A stretch of DNA of 60,000 nt from Camelus dromedarius (taxonomy: Eukaryota). The stretch covers positions 59,026,001 to 59,086,000 of the forward strand of contig NC_087437.1 of the NCBI RefSeq assembly GCF_036321535.1, in the 5' to 3' direction. Shown piece by piece: positions 12,305 through 22,149 of this stretch. The notes beneath the pieces are model-generated. The model saw only the letters and a program-made list of their open reading frames with translations, was not told where the DNA came from and did not search any database. The stretch's first letter is position 1. The number at the start of each line of letters is the position of its first letter. A program made the position numbers and the translations under genes.

Positions 12305-12412
12305 ATGCCAGCTGATATAATGGAGAAAAATTCCTCGTCCCCGGTGGCTGCTACCCCAGCCAGTGTCAACACGACACCGGATAAACCAAAGACAGCATCT
12401 GAACACAGAAAG
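12305..12412 (+). CDS. HES1: HES1 coding exon 1 (aa 1-36)
   Basis: [36 protein letters not shown], followed by donor AAG|GTAAGG. Confidence 0.99.
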
Positions 12413-12555
12413 GTAAGGGCAGTACCTGTATCTCTCTGCAGCCACAAGAAATTAAGTCGGGGTTGGGGGGCTCTTTTCTCCCTTAAAATCCCAGGGTGAA
12501 ATGGCAGGTCCCTTGGGAACTCAGGACTTCTTTTTTTTTTTTTTCTCCTCTACAG

Positions 12556-12651
12556 TCTTCAAAGCCTATCATGGAGAAAAGACGAAGAGCGAGGATAAAT
12601 GAAAGTCTAAGCCAGCTGAAAACACTGATTTTGGATGCCCTTAAAAAAGAT
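12556..12651 (+). CDS. HES1: HES1 coding exon 2 (aa 37-68; basic region and helix 1)
   Basis: Poly-T tract and TACAG| acceptor; [32 protein letters not shown]; donor |GTAAGT. Too short to appear in the ORF track. Confidence 0.99.
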
Positions 12652-12886
12652 GTAAGTGGGTAATACTGCTTTATTTTAGTTAAAAAATTAAATACTATTT
12701 CTCAGGTATTAAGAATGAAACCCCCACCCCCCGCCGGCGGGATCTTCCCCGCCTGCACTGCATTCTCGGAGGCGGGAGGGCTGGGCCGCTCTATCCGGGG
12801 TCCGGGGCCGGGGGGAGGGACCCCCAGCAGTCCAAGGCTGCTGGCGGGGGCTCTCACTTTCCTCCTTTGCCTCCTCTTCTGTGCAG

Positions 12887-12974
12887 AGCTCGCGGCATTC
12901 CAAGCTGGAGAAGGCGGACATTCTGGAAATGACAGTGAAGCACCTCCGGAACCTGCAGCGGGCGCAGATGACGG
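12887..12974 (+). CDS. HES1: HES1 coding exon 3 (aa 69-97 plus 1 nt; loop and helix 2)
   Basis: GTGCAG| acceptor; [29 protein letters not shown]; phase-1 donor G|GTGAGG. Confidence 0.99.
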
Positions 12975-13629
12975 GTGAGGGCGGCTCGCCGCGTCCCCCT
13001 CTGCGGGCGTCCCTCCTGCCCCGCGGTGATTTCTTCCAGACTTCCGCCCGTGGTTGTGAGAGGCATTCAGCTACATTTTACTGCCTTGGCTCACTCTTGT
13101 GTTCCCACGGTCTGGGGCTTATTTATAGCCACAACTCCAAGTTGTTACTGTTCCGGAAAGGGAGGGAGAGAGGTTGTAGCGGCGAGGGCGACGGGCTGCT
13201 TGGCTATGCGGGAAGCGGGTGGGGCGAAAGGACTCAGAACCGTGGCAGTTTTTAAGCTGCGTGGAGCCTGGGGTCATCTGGTTTAGCACTCCCTCCTCCC
13301 CCACTGCATAAGGGGAAATAAGGCTTGGATGGTGGAGAAGGGGGGAAGGGCATTATCCAAGGTCACATCGCGCGGGGGCGGAAGGGACGCAGATCTGGGG
13401 CTGAGATCGGTTTAAATTGAGCGACACGGAACAGAGAGGGAGAGTCTTGGCTCAGGTCGCCAAGCTAGTGTGGAGAGGCGGATGGTTTTTCTAAACCCAC
13501 CCCGGTAGCCAGAGGCAGTTCTGCGGGCGGTTGGTCAGGGAGGCGCGCTGCAAGGACCTCCCAGGGCGGAGGCGGTGGCCTTGGGGCCGGGGCCGTTCGG
13601 TGACCCGTCTGTCTCCTTCTGGCCCACAG

Positions 13630-14180
13630 CCGCCCTTAGCACAGACCCGAGCGTGCTGGGGAAGTACCGCGCCGGCTTCAGCGAATGCATGAACGAGGTG
13701 ACCCGCTTCCTGTCCACGTGCGAGGGCGTTAACACCGAGGTGCGCACCCGGCTACTCGGCCACCTGGCCAACTGCATGACCCAGATCAACGCCATGACCT
13801 ACCCGGGGCAGCCGCACCCCGCCTTGCAGGCGCCGCCGCCGCCCCCGCCTGGACCCGGCGGCCCGCAGCACGCGCCGTTCGCGCCTCCACCGCCGCTCGT
13901 GCCCATCCCCGGGGGTGCGGCGCCCCCTCCCGGCGGCGCGCCCTGCAAGCTGGGCAGCCCAGCTGGAGAGGCGGCTAAGGTGTTCGGCGGCTTCCAGGTG
14001 GTGCCGGCTCCTGACGGCCAGTTTGCCTTCCTCATCCCCAACGGGGCCTTCGCTCACAGCGGCCCCGTCATCCCAGTCTACACCAGCAACAGCGGGACCT
14101 CTGTGGGCCCCAACGCAGTGTCGCCTTCCAGCGGCCCCTCGCTCACGGCGGACTCCGTATGGAGGCCGTGGCGGAGCTGA
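13630..14180 (+). CDS. HES1: HES1 coding exon 4 (aa 98-280; Orange domain, Pro-rich region, WRPW)
   Basis: CCACAG| acceptor; ..[38 protein letters not shown].. ending WRPWRS-TGA. Exon lengths 108+96+88+551 = 843 nt = 280 aa plus stop. Confidence 0.99.
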
Positions 14181-14463
14181 GGGGTCAGGCCACCCCTCTC
14201 CCTAAATATCAACCCACCTCTTTTCCTTCGGGACACTAAACAGGAACTTGGACGCTGGGATAGAAGAGAGGACTTTTGTGATTAAGTGGTTATTTTGGGT
14301 TTTTTAATTTCTAAAGTTACTTTTTTGTAGAGAGCTGTATTAAGTGACTGACCATGCACTATATTTGTATATATTTTATATGTTCATATTGGATTGCGCC
14401 TTTGTATTATAAAAGTTCAGATGACATTTCGTTTTTTACACGAGATTTCTTTTTTATGTGATG

Positions 14464-14470
14464 CCAAAGA
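14464..14470 (+). promoter_or_regulatory. miR-9 seed match (7mer-A1, CCAAAGA)
   Basis: Complementary to the miR-9-5p seed. miR-9 regulation of Hes1 mRNA is established. Confidence 0.75.
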
Positions 14471-14526
14471 TGTCTGAAAATGCTCTTAAAATATCTTCCT
14501 CTGGGGAAGTTTATTTGAGAAAATAT

Positions 14527-14532
14527 AATAAA
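14527..14532 (+). terminator. polyadenylation signal AATAAA
   Basis: First AATAAA after the stop codon, about 350 nt downstream. Confidence 0.85.
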
Positions 14533-15990
14533 AGAAAAAAGAGTGAAGGCTACTATGTCTTAGAATTGATTATTTCATAATGGATAAAAAAAGGTCTTGG
14601 CAGAATTTGAATTACTTCTAATCTGAGAACTCAGGAATTGGCTCTTTTGTTATTAAGTGAACTTTTTTTTTTAATCCATCAAAACTTTCACCAACCCTCC
14701 TTGAACTAAATTCCATTTAATTTGCGAGAACCCATCTGATTGGCTTCCCTGATGAATTTGTGGCCAATCTCTTAAAGTATTTCAAAAACTTTTTAAGTTG
14801 CATTTGGGTAAGTCATTAAGTCCTGGTTCTCTCTGAAGGAGGTTGAGCAGGGCTGAATTCATGAAGTTACTTCATCTGGTCCTATTACCCACTGCACATT
14901 TACGGGTGGCTCCTGCAGCATGTCTGCCCTGGAGTAGCTCACCAACATCCAAGTAAAACACTCTTAATCGCTGCAACCTCCAGCCTTCAAGTGTTGGGAA
15001 TCTTCCTTTAATTGGTCAATGTTTAGGTGCAGCTAGACATTGCCTTGTACCAGCATCTAAAATCTGAAATCCCTCTCTGCACCCTCTTCAAGCAAGCTGA
15101 GAAGGTCAACGGATTCCTTCTGCCAAGGAACAGCTAGTCAGACTCCCAAGTGGACCCCGATTCCAGATGATTAACACCAGACATATGTTTTTGATAAGTT
15201 TCTGTGCTTGGCTCTAATAGAGAAAGCATGTGGGGGCCGTGCTGGCAAGCTCACAGGCCATCTTCCCCTTTTAATACAAACAGCAAGCGACCCCTTTGCT
15301 TGGTCATGCCCCATTTCCAGGCAAGATGTGGGCTCCAGATAGAAGCAAAAGGGTTGTCTCGGGTTTCAGCTCACATAACCCTCCTTAACAAGTCCTAACT
15401 CAAAGCGGACAACTTTAAACTGTGCCAGGATCTGCAGGGAATTTCTTCCAAATCCCATCACAAAGGCTTGTCAGATTTTGTCAGATTTGGCCAGGTGTTT
15501 GACTGCATCCAGGTGTTGGGGAAATGAAAACCACGAGCCCTGCGAGACCAGACACATCAGCCGCGCTGTGGGTCTGGCGGGCGCGCCCTCCTCCCCCACC
15601 GCCGGCCAGTCCTCCTCCCTGCCCTGGCCCCTCCCGCCGGCCTCCGCTCACCCCCCCTTCTTTTAGAAGGGCTTCTGGGAGGAGAAGGATGAGGCGGGAG
15701 AGATCAATCTTTGAAGCCTTCCTAACAAAGATAAAGCCAACGATTTTCTGTCTTGTTTCAAAAGCTTTACCTCTCCCCCGCCTAGCTGGCCTTTCCCACA
15801 GGCCAGTGTGGAGAGCCGCTCTATCACAGGAATGATCTAGCAAACAGCAGTCAGTTTTCTACTGACTCAAATACCTTCCACCCAGCTTCAGACCCAGAAT
15901 GGGTGGTTTAAAAGATACTTGAAAATTTTTGGCTCCTACTTGTTTTATTTTGTGTATGTGAACAGAGTCCAACACACCTTTCCCTCAAAG

Positions 15991-15992
<2 letters not shown>

Positions 15993-16036
<44 letters not shown>
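15993..16036. repeat. (CA)n microsatellite
   Basis: About 22 AC units. Confidence 0.97.
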
Positions 16037-16040
<4 letters not shown>

Positions 16041-16519
16041 ATCACATCGTTTCTCTGCCATTTCCCTCTTTGTTTAAATGCAAACATAACAACAATTGCT
16101 CTTTTAAGACATCCAACCCAAGCTCAAATGCTTCATTTGGTAAATGTATCCTCTGGACCCACTGGAAGTGTCCCAGGAGACATAATGGAGACATTAGGGT
16201 CTCATTTTTATCAAAGTACGTTTAAGGTCTCAAAAATTCACACACACAAAACACACACACACACACACACAGTGCAATCACACCAACCTAAAACTAAATC
16301 TCTGTCTTTCCCTGTGCTAAAGGGGAAGAACTGAAAAAGTAGATTTTTATTAATATCAGAGGTATACAGATATAGGGGGAGTAATAAATTTAAAAGAAGT
16401 AAAACATTTGTTCATTTGAAAATAATTGGTAGTTTGAAAATGGTCTTTTTTTCCCTGAAATTTGGGTTTAGACTAGCAGAGGAGGCTTTTCTGTACAATA
16501 TGGGAAGAATGGGAAGAGA

Positions 16520-16660
16520 CCCTAGGCCCCTCAATGAGGATGTTCAGGCTCTTGTGCCAGCCATGCCACCAAACTCAGTGTCACTTTGGATGAGTCATTT
16601 CCCTTCTCTGGGTCATTTCCAAGTCCGTAAAATGAGTGGGCTTATTTCTAAGGCCTCGTG
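16520..16660 (+). mobile_element. MIR SINE relic
   Basis: gtgtcactttggatgagtcatttcccttctctgggtcatttccaagtccgtaaaatgag is MIR-core-like. Confidence 0.6.
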
Positions 16661-16779
16661 CCCTCCTGCACCCAGGCTGTTTCTGGAGTAATTAGTTGGG
16701 GGAGAGGAGAAGCTACAAAGACGACTTTAGTCTTGCCCCCACCCAAATCCCTCGGGCCTGAACGAATTACAGCGCCTCA

Positions 16780-18030
16780 GCAGCCCCTCTCCCACCCCCC
16801 CACCCCCCGCCCCGGGCGTTGCCGATGGCTCCAGGAGATAAGACGCAGCTCCCAGCTCCACGTCCGGATGCGGGCTGCCGGCCTCGGCCGCCGCGCGCAT
16901 TAGCCTCTCAATGGAGACCCTCGGGGCCCCGGCCCCCCGCCGTCCCCGGCAGCATCCGGAGGGGGAAAGGCGCTGAACTGGAAGGGGGGGCTCTCCTGGC
17001 TCTCCTAGACGGGAGCCGTCTCTAAGCGGTGAATTGTCGCGACTGGCAGGCGCGCCCCACGTGTTGCTGGAGTGGGGACCTAGGGGTTAAGCCGGACCCC
17101 CTCATCGTCACCGCCGTCCCGGGAAACCTGTCATTAAAGTCAATTAACTTTTCCCACACCCCTTGGCCGGTAACAACCCGCTGCTAGCTTCCTCCCCGGC
17201 TCCTAAGTGCAACCAGATGGGCGGCCGAGCTGCCCCCGCCGCGCGCCCGCCGGGGCGGCCCGGGGGTTCCAGGGAGGCCGCCGGGGCCCGCGCGGCCCGG
17301 GCGGGAAGCAGGCCGGGGCGGCCACGCCGGGCCAGCCCTGGCGGCCCTGCGGCCAAGGTGGTTTGCTTAGCAGGCCCGGCTGCTTTCTGGCAGGAAATGA
17401 ATAGCTCCCAGATGAGCTCAGGCAACCTGAGAGGTCGTGAGAACGGCGCGAACCCCCGCCTGTGCAGCCGGCAGCCTGCCAGGCCGCGGGGGGAGCGGGC
17501 GGCGGCGGCGGCGGCAGGAGGCCGGGAGGCCTGGCGGGCGGGCGGGCGGGCGGCGGCGGGGGAGAGGGAGGAGGGAGCCGCTGACACACGAGCCCGCGCC
17601 CGCTCCCGCTGACAGGCAGGCAGCCGCCCGCGCCCGGCCGCCTCCCCCGCTTCCCCGCCCGGGGCCCCAGCGCCTCCCAAGCAGCAGGCCTTAGCCGCAG
17701 AAACGCGGCCGCCCGGCCCGCCGGGCCCGGGGGTGGGGCCGCCTGCCAGTGTTTTTCCAGTTCCCCCGGTAGCTCCGGGCCGCATTTAGCAGCCGGGAAA
17801 CTGGGCCGAGGCCAGTGTCGGGGCAGCGGAGGCCCTCGCGGCCGGCGGAGCCCTGCCAAGCGTCAGGCCTGGCCGGGGCAGGGGCGGGCCGGAGCGGGGA
17901 GCGGCCGGGCAAGGGCGGCTCAGCCCACACCGTCGTCCCAAAACAGACAGAGCCGGCAGACGGCAACTCGGGACTCCTTAAAAAATGAGGCTCGCCTCCG
18001 AAAACCCCGAGCACCTACTGAGAGCGCAGC
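16780..18030. promoter_or_regulatory. downstream CpG island (~2.3 kb past the HES1 polyA site)
   Basis: Very high GC and CpG density with GGC runs and GC boxes. No recognisable coding sequence. Confidence 0.9.
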
Positions 18031-18429
18031 GAACGCTGAAAAGACAACACTAAGTCCCACCCAGCCCCTGCCCTCCCAGAGCTCTCGGTTTAGCTGGGAG
18101 ATAGACGAACCCCCAAGGGATTCATCCCCGGCACGATGTGGGAAGTGCCAAAAAAGAAGTTTCAACAAAGGGCACCTAAGAACAGAGAGATTAATTCTGA
18201 TTTGAGAGGAAACTAGGGAAGGGTTTCGGAGAGTTGGCACTTGAAGCGGAGAGGTGACAGATGTGTTCATAGAGATGGGACTGGAGAGGTGAAGGAAAAC
18301 GGAAATATGCAAGTCCAGTTTGGGGGAATTTCAGGAAGTTCGCCATGGTTACATTGAAATTTTCAAATACATACATTTGACTTAGAGGTCAAAAAGAGGG
18401 TCAAGATGTCTTGTTTCGGTCCTTGGACT

Positions 18430-18645
18430 GCAGAATAGCCCAGAGGTTAAAAGCACATGATCTGGCTTCAGGTTGCTTAGGTTGTAAGTCTAAGCACATC
18501 ACTTACCTTCTCTGTAACTTCGTTTACAACGCTGGGCTCACAGGGTGGTATTTCATAGGATTGTGAGGATGAAATGAGTAAATGCACATAAAGCATTTAG
18601 AACGGTGCTCGGCACATAAGCCCTCGATGCATGTCAGCTATTATG
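18430..18645 (+). mobile_element. MIR SINE
   Basis: ..cataggattgtgaggatgaaatgagtaaatgcacataaagcatttagaacggtgctcggcacata.. matches the MIR 3' half. Confidence 0.8.
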
Positions 18646-18759
18646 ATTCCTAAACCACAGTGAGGGGTGTTCACCAAATGGGAAAGCCAGCCCTGGCTTT
18701 TGCCCAGTGATTTCAGGCCCCATGTGAAAGCACCACTGCTCCTTCCCTAGGTTCTGGAT

Positions 18760-18960
18760 TTCATGTATTCATTTGACAATTATTGAACCATGCACCATGG
18801 AAATAAAGGGAGGAGAAAAGCATGATCTCTGTAGCTATCAAACTCACAGTCTAGTAGACCAGACAGACCAGTGGACAAAAAAGGTTTGTAATTTTTTAAA
18901 TGACTGTATGTTGAGTGCTGTAAAAGAGTTGTGTACCTGCATGGTACAAAAAGAAGGTGA
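18760..18960 (-). mobile_element. L2 LINE 3' relic
   Basis: ttcatttgacaattattgaacc...aaactcacagtctagtag resembles the reversed L2 tail. Confidence 0.55.
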
Positions 18961-19159
18961 CACATTATAACAAGTAATTTTTGGTCCTCAAAATTATAAT
19001 TAATCTTTGTATACATTTTTGTGACCATAGAATTTGCTAGCAGAGTAAATAATGAGTCAGATTCTACCCAAGAAAAATTATTGTGAAGTGGTTAATTTCT
19101 AGATTACTCAGTCTTGTAATACTAGTATCTTCTGAATGAGCAGTCACCTTGATATGGTC

Positions 19160-19320
19160 AAGGAACGGGTGGGAAGTCAGGGAATCCTGGTACCAAACTC
19201 ACCACTACCTGTGAGATCCTGAACAAGTCCCCTTACATCACTGGGCTGCGGTATTCTCACCAACAAGGGGGGCAGGTTAGACAGGAAGTCTTGGAAGTCC
19301 TTCTCAGCTCCACAGTCTGT
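19160..19320 (+). mobile_element. MIR/MIR3 relic
   Basis: aatcctggtacc..ctacctgtgagatcctgaacaagtccccttacatcactgggctgcgg..ggaagtccttctcagctc. Confidence 0.55.
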
Positions 19321-22149
19321 GATTCTCTCCTCCATGGAGAGCATGCTTCCGTGCATCTCCACAGTTTGACACTTGCTCTGTGGCTATAAGAACCTACATT
19401 GAGCACATTTCAAAAATTTCAGCGAAGGTCCTAGGATGATTTTACACCTAGGTTTTTTCATCTGCAGTTAAAGATGTGGAAACAGACCTGAAGGATGGGC
19501 ACTGTACTTCCACTATTGCAAGAAAATTGACCACACGTCGAGTTCTTGGAGATCTGCTATGTTCGAGAGAATTGTGTTCACTGCGTGACCCATCAAAGGA
19601 AGACTGCATCTGACAGGATCTGCTCACATATCTGCTGCTAAGACCCCATCCTTTGCTGTAATATCTTGTTATCTTACTTGGAAAACAGAATAGCAAGAGT
19701 TAAAAAGTATCATCGCTCTCCCTCTTCATCCTAGAAAACATTCTCCTTCCCCTTTTCACTCTTTTCTGCAAAGAGAATGTAATCTGTTGGTTATCAGGAC
19801 TCTTTCCAATTAGGAAAGATATTTTCCTAATTAAAGTTTTTCTACTAGTACATTTACTGAATTAACTAAACTTACTGAATTAGTCTGGTTAAACCAGAGT
19901 GAATTAGTAAAGTCAGTCTGAATTTTAAGTACCCAATAGGAAAAGCAGTAACCTTGGCAAATACTTGTAGTGAATCTGAATTCATAGTTTACAAAAGCAC
20001 TAACTTTCATAAAACTAATGCATTAAAGTCATTTAAAGAATGTATTCTCTTAAGCAGGTTAAACATACTTCTGGCCATATTATTTATACTATAAATCTTC
20101 CTTTCTAGTAAGAATAAGAGGAGCCATGATTGCAGCCCAAGTAAATAATTGGACTCTCAATTAATAATAAGGCTTTACTGCAGCTATTCTTTCTATGTCT
20201 GGATGTGTCTCCAGTTGTAATTTGCCTTTTGTGAAGCAGAGATCAGTAATTTCCTTTTTTTTTTTTAAGAATTCTAAGTATCACTTAATGAAAGTGATGT
20301 TATTTAAGGAGCACCCTGTGTAATTTACTATTTTGTTATTCACGAAGGCGATCTGTTTTCATGTTAAACTAACTCTGCCAGTTCAGTCATCAATGTGAGA
20401 CGTGACATTTATAAATCCAGCTGAGAGAACACTCCAGCCTAGAGGAAAACCACTTCGATTAACAAACACCACCATCCAAAACTTCATGTTTTCTGCTACA
20501 TCGTTCCTCTTCTGTCTGATTTTCCCGTTCGCCATAAAATTTGTCCCTAAGGCATCAAGATGTAAAACAGGAATATGATTTCTTAAGGGGGCCAGGAGAG
20601 GGTAAATGCCATGTCAAATCAGTTTCAGAAGCAAGTACCATATATGACATTTAAAAGTAAAAGTAAGTAAAAGTATTCAAGGCATTTCTTCATTTTCATG
20701 AATACCACAATAGATACCTAGGGTCAGGGATGAGATACAAACTGTAAAGCAAGGCATTCCAAGAAGGAATACCTTTGAACACACAGGGTTATTCTTTCCT
20801 GTGTCTGTCCCATAATTAGTACCCATGTGATTATTTTCATACAAATAGAATCTTGAAGGATCAAATAGGTATTTCCCTTAAAACTCTACATACCAAATAA
20901 CTGTGGAATTGGCCACTCATGCCTTACAGAGAAGAACAGCCTCTAAAAATCTCTGAAACCAAAGACTCGTTCACTTTACTTTTGTTTTCTTGTTTTGGAG
21001 TTGGGGAGCATCATGGCCAATCATCTAGAGAACCTGGGAACTACTTTACTGTAATCTCTTTGAGATTTAGTTTTAAGTTCAAACCAGAGAGTTTCCGCAA
21101 AGAAGAGACATTTTGAAACAGTTCAATGCTGGGAGCAGTTCCTAAAGGATAATGTAAAATGTTCTTGCTTCAAATATTCGCACGGCTCCTATATCAAAGA
21201 CCTGAGGCTGTAGTCATATTTACACACATAGCTGGTTTGAAAATCGAAGGGGGATTTCAAAGAATCAATCGTCTTGAGGTCTAGCAACTGGTTTCTAACC
21301 TGATGTCGGGCTGAATTCAACTTAATTTTTAAAAAGCCAAGTTTTCATGCTGAGTGTACAGCCTCCAGCCACGGGTCCAGCTCTCAACTCTGCTGTCCCT
21401 CATCCAAGTGGGTGCCTCAGTCTTTCCACTGCGCTCTCTGGAAATTTCTTCTCTTTTAAACAAGTGCCCCTCCACCTGCAGCCTCGGTATGAACCCCTTC
21501 ATTACCTGATTCCACCTTTCTCTTGAGCCTGCTGGATTGATGACATGATGTTTGGCCCAGGTGTGAGTAGGGAGAGAAGCGGGGTAGGGGGATGAAGGTA
21601 TGGGTACCACAGACTAGGAAGTGAGGACACATTCTGTGCCTTTCCATCCCCTTGACCAATCATGGCTCTTCCTTCCTCAGATAAAAATCTGTCCCTCGTG
21701 CCACCCAGCTCTCCTACTCCTTAGTTTGGTCCTTATTGGCTCCCCTTCTGACTAGTCCTGACTTCTCCCCTTAAGCTTACCTCCACCTGTGCTCCATCCT
21801 CCCCTTCTCTCCCAGGGACTATGCTCTGGGGCCCTTTCCCCTTCATCAGGGAAGTGGCCCACAGAGCATCTGTTTTTCTTCCTGAATGTTCAGTCTCATT
21901 TACCTTTTTTTTTTTTGCCTGTTTCCTCAGTCTATAAACACATTTGTTTCTCTACCGTCTTTCAGAGCCAACTTCCCCAACCCTGCACCCCTCTCTGTAC
22001 CTGTGACTGCTCTCCCCTCTCCTCACCAGGGACCACGGACTTTCGCCCAAAGCCTCCACTGCCTCACTTCTCTCTCACTGTGACCCGTGCAGCCAGGCTT
22101 CTGAGTGCCTCTCTCCCACTGAACAAACCAGATGCTCCCTCTTTGGTCC

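Larger units (their letters stand above)
14181..14550 (+). other. HES1: HES1 3'UTR (AU-rich)
   Basis: U-rich sequence from the stop codon to the polyadenylation signal. 3' end approximate. Confidence 0.85.

Noticed and set aside
12413..12499. Read-through of the exon 1 ORF into intron 1
   Set aside because: There is a strong GTAAGG donor at 12413, and HES1 homology resumes in exon 2.
13575..13629. N-terminal extension of the 201-aa ORF ([18 protein letters not shown])
   Set aside because: It is intronic (branch point, pyrimidine tract and acceptor of intron 3) and starts at GTG.
17119..17158. Second paired CSL site (CGGGAA...TTCCCACA)
   Set aside because: The spacer is about 25 bp, outside the 15-17 bp SPS range, and the first half-site is non-consensus.
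17144..17859. ORFs of 213, 218 and 149 aa in the downstream CpG island
   Set aside because: Same GC-rich artefact: overlapping frames and no recognisable protein.
19452..19613. Exon-like stretch (acceptor-like TTTTTTCATCTGCAG, ~50 open codons)
   Set aside because: No recognisable protein, no partner exons and no clear donor. At most a possible lncRNA exon.
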